From a virus, in the IMG/VR virus record IMGVR_UViG_3300028590_000013, positions 8,233 to 72,232 of that record: DNA of 64,000 nucleotides; one strand, 5' to 3'. Numbering within the stretch: position 1 is the stretch's first letter; every line of letters starts with the position of its first letter. This document shows positions 24,754-34,397 of the stretch, one piece after another. The notes under the pieces are model-generated. The model worked only from the letters and a program-made list of their open reading frames with translations, ran no database searches and was not told the DNA's origin. A program made the position numbers and the translations under genes.

Positions 24754-25114
24754 TTCCGTTCCCTTCCATGGCAGCGACCTTTTTCTGCAGCTCTGCCAGT
24801 TGTTTGGTTAAGAGTTCGACCTGCCCCGTCAGCACCCACACCTGCTGCAGCGCCGCGTTCCGCTCTTTGGCGATCTCATCGGCGCGAGCTTCGGCGGCAA
24901 GGCGGGCGGTCCTCTCGTCGTCGGCGCGCTTAGCGTTTTGGGCCGCAATCTCCTTCCAGCTGTTGATGGCGCCGACCGTGCCCTCGGCGTTGGCCGTGTT
25001 CACGGCGTCGGCGTTGCGTTGACGGAAGAGGTACCAACCGGCTGCGGCGCCGACGGCGAGTGTGGGGCCCAGGTATTCCTTCAGCAGGCCGAAGACTTTG
25101 AGGAAGTCATCCAT
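24740..25114 (-). CDS. Putative holin-like membrane protein (one TM plus coiled coil)
   Basis: AAGGAG RBS; first gene of lysis cassette. Confidence 0.55.
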   Translation of the reverse strand: MDDFLKVFGLLKEYLGPTLAVGAAAGWYLFRQRNADAVNTANAEGTVGAINSWKEIAAQNAKRADDERTARLAAEARADEIAKERNAALQQVWVLTGQVELLTKQLAELQKKVAAMEGNGNAKQ

Positions 25115-25147
25115 CGCGGGAGTCTCCTTTTGTTATAGCCTGGCGGG

Positions 25148-27130
25148 TCACACTACGTTCGGCACGGTGGGCTCGATCAAGACTTTGGTCGCACCAGTGT
25201 TCGCGAACGCCCCGAAGTTGCGAACGGTAATCCCAGCAATGGCAGTCGGGTAGACGCCAGAGACCGCAGAAAGCAGCACGCGCACCGAAGTGGCCGCTGC
25301 TTGAGAGATGAATGGCAAGCTGACCAGCGCCCATCTTCCGTTGAGTTCCGTTGCCAGGGTGGTGTTAGGCGCGCTGCCCCGCAAATGAACTCCGCTCTCA
25401 TTGCGCACGTACATGCCGAGGGATCCCGGAGTGGTCTCACTGGCCCGCATGAGGATGTTCACGCAAACCAAATCACCAGCAGCCACTGCCATGCTGACAG
25501 CCAAGTTCGTACCACCCGGCGTCACGTTCCTGACGCCGAAGGGCGTCATGTCTGTGGTGCCCGCCACGGGAAGCCCGTGCGTCCAAGCTGCGGCCCCGTC
25601 CGCCAAATTAACAAACTCCCGATGAACCAACTCGTTGAGGTACGAGGCGCCCATTGCTGGCGTTTGCACGGGGTTCGTGGGATCGTTCGACAGCTGCAGT
25701 ACCTCGTAGCCCCGCGTGTTGGCGTTGTACGGCACCGATTCGTAGTGCATGCGCAAGCTGGAGTTCTTCAGCGTGAACGGGTAAGGATCCTTGTTAATGA
25801 AGACCACGCCGCCCGTGCTCCCTTCGAGGAGCACGTAGTTCGCAAAGGTCTGCGCGCCTGAGATGAAGTTCGGCCCCACCTCCAGGTAAGAGCGCGTCGC
25901 ATTGCAGCGAAAACGCAGCACGAACTCCCCAGTGTTGGCCTCCAAGTAATTGCGAGCGAACAGGACGGCGGGGCGGTTGCCCGTCACGGGCGGAATGTCA
26001 AACGACACCACCCGCGCTTGACCTTCGAGCATGTTGTCGGTGATCGTCACCGGGCCGTTGATTGACCCGTTGATGACCGCCATGCCGGCGTCCGGCGCAT
26101 TCTGCTCCCCTTGGACGCCAACCATTCGCAAGCCGAACAGCATACCCTTGGCGTTCAAGATTGATCGGTTGCTTTGGAAAACGCCACCCTCAATGTTCAG
26201 GGTGGCCAGGACCGTCGCAATGTCTGGGTTCTCCACGGTGATGGCATCGCGCAAGCCAATAGCCGAGATATCCCGGATCGTGGCGCCACGATCCGGGCCG
26301 TTAGTGCGCGCGGTGAAAGCGATCCCGTCGATGCTTTTAGCTGCAACGCCCACTGCCTGCTTGAAGCTCAGGCCGTCTACCTGCCAGTTGTCGGCAGGGT
26401 TGCCCGTCGTGCGCGAGGCGCCGAGGTCAAAGAATCGCGTGAGCCCAGCCTGCCCAATGAGCCAACCGTCTTTCCCGGTGCCGCGGTTGTAGCTCCCGCC
26501 TTGGTCGCCGTAGATGCGCACGCCCGGGTTAGTGAAAGTGACTGTTGAGCCCCAATTGAAGGATCCGTCCCAGTTGGAGATGTGCAAATAGCGCTTCTTG
26601 CCGGAGTCACAGAGCGTGGCAATGGCTTGCGCAATAGGCGCCACGTCGATGACGCCGTTGGAGATGTCGCCGCCCGCCCAAGCGAGGTCAACGGTCCCCG
26701 CCTGCTGGCGCTTCCAACGGCGCCCCGAGGCGTCCACGATGACCGTGATGCCGTTGTCGGCGCTCGTGACGTCGGCCGCGTCCCGGAGGAAAACGCCACC
26801 GACGCCCAGCGCCGTGAGCCGAACACCGAGGGCGCGCCCCGTGTACGCACGCAAGGCAGTGTAGCCCTGCATGGGCAACGCGTTGTCCACGATGCTCTGG
26901 ACCTCGGCAGCCGTGAAGGCCCAAGCAGCCACCGTAGAAGCCGCACTGAGGTCTGCCGTCTTCACGCTGGCCGCGAGCACAGTTGCCGCCTCCGCCGCGC
27001 TCTCCCCGGCGTCCGTAGCGTATTGCTGCGCCAGTGTGATTGCGTTGTTGGCCGCCGTCACCAGCGCGGCGTTGGTCTGCGTGAGCAGGGCGACCTGCTG
27101 GGCGAGGTCGGCGATTGGATTGGTTGCCAT
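25148..27130 (-). CDS. Tailspike / receptor-binding protein 2 (beta-helix-like)
   Basis: AAGGA RBS; N-terminal coiled coil, SADNG..VIVDASGRRWKR module, long beta-rich body. Confidence 0.8.
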   Translation of the reverse strand: MATNPIADLAQQVALLTQTNAALVTAANNAITLAQQYATDAGESAAEAATVLAASVKTADLSAASTVAAWAFTAAEVQSIVDNALPMQGYTALRAYTGRALGVRLTALGVGGVFLRDAADVTSADNGITVIVDASGRRWKRQQAGTVDLAWAGGDISNGVIDVAPIAQAIATLCDSGKKRYLHISNWDGSFNWGSTVTFTNPGVRIYGDQGGSYNRGTGKDGWLIGQAGLTRFFDLGASRTTGNPADNWQVDGLSFKQAVGVAAKSIDGIAFTARTNGPDRGATIRDISAIGLRDAITVENPDIATVLATLNIEGGVFQSNRSILNAKGMLFGLRMVGVQGEQNAPDAGMAVINGSINGPVTITDNMLEGQARVVSFDIPPVTGNRPAVLFARNYLEANTGEFVLRFRCNATRSYLEVGPNFISGAQTFANYVLLEGSTGGVVFINKDPYPFTLKNSSLRMHYESVPYNANTRGYEVLQLSNDPTNPVQTPAMGASYLNELVHREFVNLADGAAAWTHGLPVAGTTDMTPFGVRNVTPGGTNLAVSMAVAAGDLVCVNILMRASETTPGSLGMYVRNESGVHLRGSAPNTTLATELNGRWALVSLPFISQAAATSVRVLLSAVSGVYPTAIAGITVRNFGAFANTGATKVLIEPTVPNVV

Positions 27131-27183
27131 GTGCGTGGTCCTTCGATGCGGCCCCACGTGGGGCCCGTGTTGATTCTCAAGGC

Positions 27184-27208
27184 AAAAGAAAACCCGCCGA
27201 AGCGGGTT
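27184..27208 (-). terminator. Rho-independent terminator
   Basis: AACCCGC-TTCG-GCGGGTT then TTCTTTT on - strand. Confidence 0.85.
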
Positions 27209-27230
27209 GGGTGGTGGCGGTCATGCGCAA

Positions 27231-27653
27231 TCAGAGCGATGCAGCGTGGATAAAAAGTTGATCCAGCGACGCCTCATCGAAGCCAAGCTCTGAAGCGAGC
27301 ACAGACGCGATGAGAGAAGTTCGCTCCACGCTCGTGGCGAATTCCCATTCGATTTCGACGGCTTCCTTCTGGGGGCTGGGTAGAACAGCGATGGCGGCAC
27401 TGATGGACTGAAGCTTCCCGACAGCCAGCAACGCGAGGCGCGCCTGGCGCATGGTCACGGTCGTAGGTATGGGAGAAACTGGCGGCTCGTGAGGCGAATT
27501 TTCAGAGTGGTAGGGCACGAGCGACGCGATGAATTCTGGTGTGTATCGATCGGCCATGGGCACGAGCACGGCGTCGACACCCTCCCCCGAGACTACGTAT
27601 TCAGGGACGATGTCGGTCATGCGACCGTTGATGATCGAAGCGAACTGTTTCAT
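27231..27653 (-). CDS. Tail fibre assembly-type accessory protein
   Basis: VTMRQARLALL...IEWEFA..VERTS...LFIHAA; paralogue of 29790-30200. Confidence 0.7.
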   Translation of the reverse strand: MKQFASIINGRMTDIVPEYVVSGEGVDAVLVPMADRYTPEFIASLVPYHSENSPHEPPVSPIPTTVTMRQARLALLAVGKLQSISAAIAVLPSPQKEAVEIEWEFATSVERTSLIASVLASELGFDEASLDQLFIHAASL

Positions 27654-27670
27654 TGCATGGTCTCCAAAAC

Positions 27671-29758
27671 TCATCGGGCCAAAACGGAAAACCTGCATTG
27701 CCGAATCGAAATCACATCGGCGTTTGCAGCACCCGTGATCGTGATTGCGGGGCTTAGAGAGATGATCTTCTTACCCCCGATTAAGGAGGGCAGAGGTAGC
27801 GTGTAGAAGATTCGCTTCCAGCCAGCGGACGCGCTGTAGTAGGTCGGCGATGCATAGGTCGCCGGGGCCGGCGAACTGAAGGTCCCGTCAGCGTTCCGTG
27901 CCCCGCATGTGAGGGAAAGGGTCGTGCCTGCGTTGGAATGCCACTCGACCTCGCACAACAGGAACAGTTCGCGATATGCGTTCGGCAGGGCAGGCATGAG
28001 CGCCAGTCGATCTACCGTAAGGTCGTTCGACTGCATCGACGTGGTGCCGCCTGCACCAACGGTGAACTGCTCGGCATAGTTGTCACCAACGAGTGCAAAG
28101 CCGGTGCGCGTGAGGTTCGTCTTGAGCCAGTAGGCGTTTGAAAAGTCGGGGAAAGCAATTTGCTTGGTATTGGCGAACGACCCACTCAGATCGATCAACC
28201 CGCCACCACCAAAAAGATCCGAGAAACGGGGCGCCAACCAAGCATTGCTAGTCAACGTTGCGCCGGCGTCAACAAGCCATGTGTTCAGTTCGTAATAGCC
28301 ACCGGAAATCACAACGTCGGTGCGGCCCTTGAATCGGAATCCGCGCGAGGCGAAGTCGAGATACGGCGTGGTCGGATCGACCTTCTTGCAGATACCCTCT
28401 GCCGAGCAGCCAATCAAATTGATCGTGCAGTAGGCGACCGTGCCAATCGGCGCCTGTACGAGGAAATATCCATCGACTGTGCTGTCGCAGCGGAAGTAGG
28501 TTTGAACATACGTTTCGTCCGTGACGTGATCTAGATTGCACACCGAATAAGTGCAATTCAAGAAGCCGCAGTAGTTGAAATGTTTATAAGCGCCGGCCCA
28601 TCCGGGCGGGTTTGCCAGAGGTGTTGGGCTGACTCCAAGTTTGCCAATGTCGAAACCAGTGAACTGGCAGTTTTCAAAGCGGCCACGCGACAGGCCATCC
28701 TGAAAAACAAGTGCGGCATTGCCGAACGTGCGCAACGCTGGATCGGAAGCCTCAGGATTGATTCCACCCACCTTCATGCCATCGATCCGCAAGTTCCGAA
28801 TGTCGAAGAGGTAGGCGTTCTGAGTGAAGCTGAAACCACTGCAATTCTGAAAGAAGATGCGCGGCGTGGTCTGGCTGTTGAGTGCTCGGCCCTGACCTTC
28901 GCCCACGATGGTGATGGGTCGATCAATCGTGATCGGTGCCGTGCAGAGATACGAGAGTTGCGTGTTCTCGATGTGCAGCGGAAGTCCAGTCAGCACCTTC
29001 GTGTCGGCCGGCACCTCTGTCACCGACAGGTTCTTGCAGGCGTTGACGGCCGCTTGAATGGCGGCGGTGTCATTCGTGCCGGTCGTCCCGTTCCAGTCGC
29101 CCTTCGCCTGGAACCAACTCAGACGCACAACCTGGTCGAAGATGCGTTTCCATCGGCGTGCGGAAGCATCCACAATGATCGTGCCGCCGTTGTCGGCGCT
29201 CGTCGTGTCGGCGGCATCTCGCTGGAAGGTGCCCGCGATGCCCGGCGTGGTGATGCGAACCCCGGCCGCCCGGCCTGTATAGGCGCGAAGGGCGGTGTAG
29301 TTCTGCATTGGTAGCGCGTTGTCGAAGATGCTCTGAGCCTCGGCAGCGCTGAAGGCGTAGGCCGGCACCGTGGCAGGCGTCGAAAGCTCGTCCTGCTTCA
29401 CCCGCCCATCCAGCGCATCCTGCACTGTGCCCCCCTCGGCAACGCCCACCTCGGTGGCACCAGTGGGAAGCGCGAGTCCGTTCTTATTGGCGATGACTTG
29501 CGCGGCAATGTCGTCGACGGCAATGCCCATCTGCACGAAGGCCGCGTTCATGTCGTCGTAGATGGCCGCTGCCGCCACGGCTTGATCGCGCGCCTCCTCG
29601 GCCGTAACAGCTGCCGCTTCGGCGTCGATCACGGCCTGGTTGATCGTTCCGATCTGCTGCCCCACCTGCTGCAGACCGTCGTTGAGTTCCGAAAAATTGC
29701 CGTCGAGTTCCGCCCAGGTCAGGGGCCGTCCGATGTTGCGGCGCAGTGTGATGGTCAT
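27671..29758 (-). CDS. Tailspike / receptor-binding protein 1 (pectate lyase-like beta-helix)
   Basis: AGGAG RBS; RPLTWAELDGNF N-terminus; FQAKGD..GTNDTAAIQAAVN beta-helix cap. Confidence 0.85.
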   Translation of the reverse strand: MTITLRRNIGRPLTWAELDGNFSELNDGLQQVGQQIGTINQAVIDAEAAAVTAEEARDQAVAAAAIYDDMNAAFVQMGIAVDDIAAQVIANKNGLALPTGATEVGVAEGGTVQDALDGRVKQDELSTPATVPAYAFSAAEAQSIFDNALPMQNYTALRAYTGRAAGVRITTPGIAGTFQRDAADTTSADNGGTIIVDASARRWKRIFDQVVRLSWFQAKGDWNGTTGTNDTAAIQAAVNACKNLSVTEVPADTKVLTGLPLHIENTQLSYLCTAPITIDRPITIVGEGQGRALNSQTTPRIFFQNCSGFSFTQNAYLFDIRNLRIDGMKVGGINPEASDPALRTFGNAALVFQDGLSRGRFENCQFTGFDIGKLGVSPTPLANPPGWAGAYKHFNYCGFLNCTYSVCNLDHVTDETYVQTYFRCDSTVDGYFLVQAPIGTVAYCTINLIGCSAEGICKKVDPTTPYLDFASRGFRFKGRTDVVISGGYYELNTWLVDAGATLTSNAWLAPRFSDLFGGGGLIDLSGSFANTKQIAFPDFSNAYWLKTNLTRTGFALVGDNYAEQFTVGAGGTTSMQSNDLTVDRLALMPALPNAYRELFLLCEVEWHSNAGTTLSLTCGARNADGTFSSPAPATYASPTYYSASAGWKRIFYTLPLPSLIGGKKIISLSPAITITGAANADVISIRQCRFSVLAR

Positions 29759-29789
29759 TGAACTGAACTCCTGTTTTGTTGTTGGCGCG

Positions 29790-30200
29790 TCAGAGTTGCG
29801 CAGCCTGGATGAAGAGCGCGTCGATGGCGGCGCTGTTGAGGCCCACAGACGCCCCCATGCTCGCCACGAAAGCCGAGGTGCGCTCGTAGGTGGCGGCGTC
29901 CCATTCAATGCGCGCGCGGTCCCTTGCCGGGCCTGCCAGCGCTTCGATGGCGTCGATCACCGCTTGATACTTGCCGGCGTCCAGCAAAGCCAGGCGCCCC
30001 TGCCGTTTGGTCACGCTGTGGGGCACGGCAACTGGCGGCGCGTAAGCAGCCCACTGACCGCCCACGTACTTCCACTTGCCGGGCTCTTTGTTGAAGTCCT
30101 CGGCCACTTCCACGAGCTGATCGTTGTTGTTGGAAGCTGCATAGCCGTGCGAGGTCAGAATGCCACTCGCGTTGATGAATGCGTTTTTCATGCTGTTCAC
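29790..30200 (-). CDS. Tail fibre assembly-type accessory protein
   Basis: VTKRQGRLALL...IEWDAA.YERTS...LFIQAA. Confidence 0.7.
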   Translation of the reverse strand: MNSMKNAFINASGILTSHGYAASNNNDQLVEVAEDFNKEPGKWKYVGGQWAAYAPPVAVPHSVTKRQGRLALLDAGKYQAVIDAIEALAGPARDRARIEWDAATYERTSAFVASMGASVGLNSAAIDALFIQAAQL

Positions 30201-31216
30201 TCGCCTCCGTTGGGATTTTGGTACGCGTTCACGTGGTGGGTGGATGAGACGGGATTCGCAGCACCGGTTGCCACCAGGTAAAAGTATTGCTGACCGATAT
30301 TCGGCATCGGGTAAAGTTGGCCGCCGGTGGTCTCATTGAAAGCGGATTGACCGGTGCCGCCAAAACCAAGTCGGAAAGTGCTCTCGGTTGCTGTGGGGGC
30401 GAGTGTCTGCGTCACGTCGAAAATACCCGTTCCGGCTGCTGGGGTGCAGACAAAATCGCGGATCAGCACATTGAAGCTCAGTGCATTAGGCGGCACCAGC
30501 GCTGCCACGTTAACGGCAGTCATCGACGTCGCCGTGCCGTTGGTCAGCACGACCTGGCTTGAACCGTAAGTCGACATCGACCCCTGGAAGCGCACGTTGG
30601 CCAAAGTGCCAGTTCCGAGGCGTGCGGCCCCGATGTAGGCGCTTGCCGTGTATCCGGCTGGCAACGTTGGCGCGGTTGCCGACAAGCTGCAGAGCGTTTG
30701 AACCAGCGTCCCGTTGGTGATGAAGAAAAAGTGCACCCAGGTATTGTTCCCGAATGCCGCCGCCTGATCGCGACCATTGATGATCGGGCCCGCCGCGTTG
30801 ATATTGCAGGCGGGCGGCGCGACGGTCGAGAACAGGTATGACGCGCCGCTCGCGGCATCGCGCAGCAACACTTCAGCCGCCGTGAAGAGGGCCGTTGTGA
30901 AACCGGCGCCCACGGTATTTCCCACGAGGCCCTTCACCCGTGAGCCAGCCGAGGGTTGCGCAGCGGACAGAATCGCCGCAATCGCAGCCGGCGTAAGGGT
31001 GTCGTCGATGTTCGCAGCCTGGCGGGCGGCGGCCCATTCGGCGAGGCCTGCGGCCATCAACGAGGCCTGCCGCAGCGCCTTGTTGACGAGGCGCGACGAA
31101 GCGACCCCTGGCTTGTTGCCGCTGATACGGCCGCTGTCGGCCAGGTACTCGGCATCGGTGAGCAGATTCGTACCCAGGTCAGTGGGTACGAATTTTTGAA
31201 TATTGCTAGAGCCCAT
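30197..31216 (-). CDS. Tail fibre protein
   Basis: GVASSRLVNKALRQAS N-terminal baseplate anchor typical of this myophage type. Confidence 0.8.
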   Translation of the reverse strand: MGSSNIQKFVPTDLGTNLLTDAEYLADSGRISGNKPGVASSRLVNKALRQASLMAAGLAEWAAARQAANIDDTLTPAAIAAILSAAQPSAGSRVKGLVGNTVGAGFTTALFTAAEVLLRDAASGASYLFSTVAPPACNINAAGPIINGRDQAAAFGNNTWVHFFFITNGTLVQTLCSLSATAPTLPAGYTASAYIGAARLGTGTLANVRFQGSMSTYGSSQVVLTNGTATSMTAVNVAALVPPNALSFNVLIRDFVCTPAAGTGIFDVTQTLAPTATESTFRLGFGGTGQSAFNETTGGQLYPMPNIGQQYFYLVATGAANPVSSTHHVNAYQNPNGGE

Positions 31217-31231
31217 GATTTTGTCCTTCTG

Positions 31232-31957
31232 TTACGGTGAAATTTCCTGCGCCCAGCGCCCGGTGTCCCAGCCCTGAAGCTCGGGGCTATCTGCATCCCA
31301 TGCGAAGAGCGGTCCGGTATCAATGGGGATGGCGTAAAAACGGATACGGACGCCCGAAGGCTTCAAAGGGAAGTAGCCCCCCTCCAAGAGTGCGCGCTGC
31401 ACAGCGTTGAGGGGATTCCCCACAAAGCCCAGCGTCATCGTCATGTCCTGGTTGTCTTGAACGATGATGGTCTGGGCCCCAGCAAAAACAATACCCCAGA
31501 TGCGCTCTGCCCCCTCCATGGTCCCATCCCACGCATTGGCAGCGATCTTTGCGCGAATGAGCTGGCGATAGTCCTCATCACCAAGCTCTGCAAGCCCTGA
31601 ATCGGGATCGAACAAGCCCTGCCATACCCCAGAGTCCCAGCCCAGAAGTGGCGTGGCATCCCAGCTGAAGTAGACGTTCTCCAAGGGGATCGGAATGCGG
31701 CGGCTAATGCCCACCCACTCGCCGTCAATGTCGAGTTGCTTGCCCACAGCCACGTCCAGGTTGAAGCCTGAGATCATGTCCTGGCAGGCGAGCTGCATGT
31801 CAAGGGCGGGATTCGTCAGAGCCTCCACGGTTGCCATGAACCGTGGCTTGTCGCGATGCTCGCTGGTGATGAGTCCTGAGTAGTCGACGCCAATATCGCC
31901 GTAAGCGTAGCCCGGTGGCATCCAGTACCCGGGCACACTGTAGGTGCGCCCGCTCAT
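31232..31957 (-). CDS. Baseplate wedge protein (DUF2612-like)
   Basis: LDVAVGKQLDIDGEWVG.SR, YRQLIRAKIAANAWDGT, DNQDMTM. Confidence 0.85.
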   Translation of the reverse strand: MSGRTYSVPGYWMPPGYAYGDIGVDYSGLITSEHRDKPRFMATVEALTNPALDMQLACQDMISGFNLDVAVGKQLDIDGEWVGISRRIPIPLENVYFSWDATPLLGWDSGVWQGLFDPDSGLAELGDEDYRQLIRAKIAANAWDGTMEGAERIWGIVFAGAQTIIVQDNQDMTMTLGFVGNPLNAVQRALLEGGYFPLKPSGVRIRFYAIPIDTGPLFAWDADSPELQGWDTGRWAQEISP

Positions 31958-33183
31958 GGCACGACCACCAGCTCAACGTCTTCGGGATCGCAAACAGCGC
32001 GGGCATTGAATGCGATGGTGACGTCAGCATCAGCAGGGACCGCGGGGTCAATGGCGAGCAGAACCTCGTTCACCTCGAAGGTCCGCGCCTGGGCGGCGAG
32101 CAAGGGATCAAAGATGTTCGTCACCGGATCCATGCCGAAGTAGAACTGCGCGGGCCCGTAGATGCGGCCCTGATCCACGCGCCCACCAATCTCCAGGCCG
32201 GAGATGTAGGCCGCCACCATAGTCTGGATTTGCAGGCCAATGGCGGTCGTGTAGCCACTGCGCGCCTTGACGGTGATCTTGACCTTAATCCGCGTTGCAT
32301 CTGCCACGAAGTAGCGAATGAAATAGAGAATCCCCGTGGCGCTCGTGACTTCGACCACCGTGGTGCCATGCGTGTAGGCCCCCGGTGTCTTCTTTCGCAA
32401 GTAGGTGTTGGCGATCTCCTGCGGATCACCACCCACGGTCACGATGGCCGTCGAGTGCTCAGGCAGCCCGTTGCCATCAGTGGTGTCGGTGTCATTCTCA
32501 TAGCCCTTGACCTCTTGCACCCCTGGAAGGTTGGCGATGGCCCCCACAATGCCGTCAAGGACGGTCTGGGAGGGCAGGGCCGTGCTCATGGTTTGGCGGC
32601 GACGTAGGGCCGCGTCTGTCTCCACAGGAGCCCCTGGGGTAGCAGCTGCTGGATTGGTCACGCTTTGCCAGCCCAGTGTGGGTGTGGCGATCTGCGTGAT
32701 GGTTCCCGCCTCGGCCTCGATAGCGCCCTCGTCGGCGGCCGTGGCGAGCACGTTCACAAAGCCTGCAGGAGGAATGACGACAAAGACCGGGAGGTTCCAA
32801 CGTCGGCCTTGGTCATCCGTGGCGACGCCGCCCGTGATCGTGGCGCCGACATTGCCCTCGATCACCAGGGTGGCCGTGCTCCGGCTCGCCACTTGGCGGG
32901 CGATGCCATTGAGCTTCACGTTGTTGCTCAGCGCCGTGAACTGCCCAGTGCTTGGCGAGAAGCTGTGGAAGGTGGCGATGATCGAATCGTTGGCATCGCT
33001 GAAGCCCTTGGCAACCACGGCGAGGAGCTGGCCGTCCTGGCTGTCGGGAGCGATGTAGGCGTCCGTGCCATAGATCTGCTGGAAGCTCGTTTGCAAGGAC
33101 TCATAGATCTCGGCATAGGTCGGTGCCACGGGGCCGCTGGGCGTGAGCGTGACGGCCAGAGAGGGGAGGGGATAGGCTGGCAT
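31954..33183 (-). CDS. Baseplate J-like protein
   Basis: DSQDGQ, GWQSVTNP.AA.PG..VETDAALR.R, YENDT. Confidence 0.9.
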   Translation of the reverse strand: MPAYPLPSLAVTLTPSGPVAPTYAEIYESLQTSFQQIYGTDAYIAPDSQDGQLLAVVAKGFSDANDSIIATFHSFSPSTGQFTALSNNVKLNGIARQVASRSTATLVIEGNVGATITGGVATDDQGRRWNLPVFVVIPPAGFVNVLATAADEGAIEAEAGTITQIATPTLGWQSVTNPAAATPGAPVETDAALRRRQTMSTALPSQTVLDGIVGAIANLPGVQEVKGYENDTDTTDGNGLPEHSTAIVTVGGDPQEIANTYLRKKTPGAYTHGTTVVEVTSATGILYFIRYFVADATRIKVKITVKARSGYTTAIGLQIQTMVAAYISGLEIGGRVDQGRIYGPAQFYFGMDPVTNIFDPLLAAQARTFEVNEVLLAIDPAVPADADVTIAFNARAVCDPEDVELVVVP

Positions 33184-33530
33184 TAGAAGACCTTATCGAG
33201 GTTAATGGTTGTCGGCCCATAGATGGTGTCGATGGCTGCCACCACTCTGAAGTTGCGCACCTCGACGGTGCTGTAGTACTTGGTCAACCGCGTGACGCCC
33301 GGCGTTTCGAGGATGCGGGTCTTCACCGCGATATCTCGAGTCAGCGCCGTGCGGTTGCCCAGGATGCGCTGCAGGTTCAAGCCTTCGCGAGTATCGAGGA
33401 ACCACTCGTCTGTGAAGAGGCGCAAGCGCGTGAGGACGGCTTGCGCCACCGTAGCCGGGCTGTTGATGAGGAAGCGCGAGTTCCCGAAGAACTGGTAATC
33501 GCCGTTCGCATCCATGGCTCTGTATCGCAT
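33183..33530 (-). CDS. Baseplate wedge / sheath initiator (W/gp25-like)
   Basis: RLRLF..EWFLDT..G, ILETPGV, IDTIYG. Confidence 0.8.
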   Translation of the reverse strand: MRYRAMDANGDYQFFGNSRFLINSPATVAQAVLTRLRLFTDEWFLDTREGLNLQRILGNRTALTRDIAVKTRILETPGVTRLTKYYSTVEVRNFRVVAAIDTIYGPTTINLDKVF

Positions 33531-33539
33531 AGGGCCTCC

Positions 33540-34397
33540 TTAATTGACCACGGCCGTGCTGTCACCGCCAATGGTGACTCCGCCATGGGTGTGCGTGTCC
33601 GTGAGGTTCTTGCCGTTGTAGGTGAAGGTGCCGCCGACATAGGCCGTTGCCACGTTGCTGTAGGCCATGGAGCCGCCGCTGATGCTCATGTTCATGTTCG
33701 TCATGGTCACCGTGCCAGCGCCGCCGCCAACCCCCAGCCAGCTCATGTTGCCCAGGAAGGCAATGATGGGCGATGCCACGCCGAAGCTGGTGGCCGCCGT
33801 GCTCTGGATGACAGGCGCCTGCAGGTCGATCCGCGTGCCGCTCTTGATGAGCACGTCGTCATCGGCATCCGCCTCGAACTTGCCACTCGTCTTGACGCGC
33901 ACCAAGTGACTCTCGGGGTCGATCTCCACAAAAGCCTCCCCGTCGTTGCTACGGAACTGAGCGCGCGTTGTCGAGATATCCGAGATGACGCGAGGCACCG
34001 AGGAAACGCCCACAAAGGCGAAGCCATCGCTGAGGTCGTGCATTCGGATGTCAGCCTGAACCTGAATACCACCACTTTGCCACCAAGCATCAATGCAGCG
34101 ATTAGCGAAGACGACGAGGGCCTCATCTCCGCTCTTGATGGGGAAGGTCATGGTGACGCCACCGCCCTCAGGGAAGTGCACAGGTAAGTCCACGAGGAGG
34201 GGGAGGGCGATCCACTGGAAGCTGCCATCCGGGTTTTGCGCCTGGGCCTTCACAACGGGCTGGGCCGTCACCGTGCGCTTCTCAGGGTTGAAGCTCTGGA
34301 TGAGGGCAGGCATGCTCGTGTAGATCTCCGACTGCATGCCCTGGAAGGCGGCAAGCAATGCGGTCTGTTGGCTGGCGCTTCGTTCTCGCCTATCCAT
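33540..34397 (-). CDS. Baseplate central spike (gpV/gp45-like)
   Basis: FPIKSGDEALVVFA.RCIDAWW, RMHDLSDG, C-terminal HTHGGV. Confidence 0.9.
   Translation of the reverse strand: MDRRERSASQQTALLAAFQGMQSEIYTSMPALIQSFNPEKRTVTAQPVVKAQAQNPDGSFQWIALPLLVDLPVHFPEGGGVTMTFPIKSGDEALVVFANRCIDAWWQSGGIQVQADIRMHDLSDGFAFVGVSSVPRVISDISTTRAQFRSNDGEAFVEIDPESHLVRVKTSGKFEADADDDVLIKSGTRIDLQAPVIQSTAATSFGVASPIIAFLGNMSWLGVGGGAGTVTMTNMNMSISGGSMAYSNVATAYVGGTFTYNGKNLTDTHTHGGVTIGGDSTAVVN

Noticed and set aside
26708-29362. Diversity-generating retroelement TR/VR pair
   Set aside because: Differences are not adenine-specific, both copies are N-proximal coding modules, and no reverse transcriptase is present
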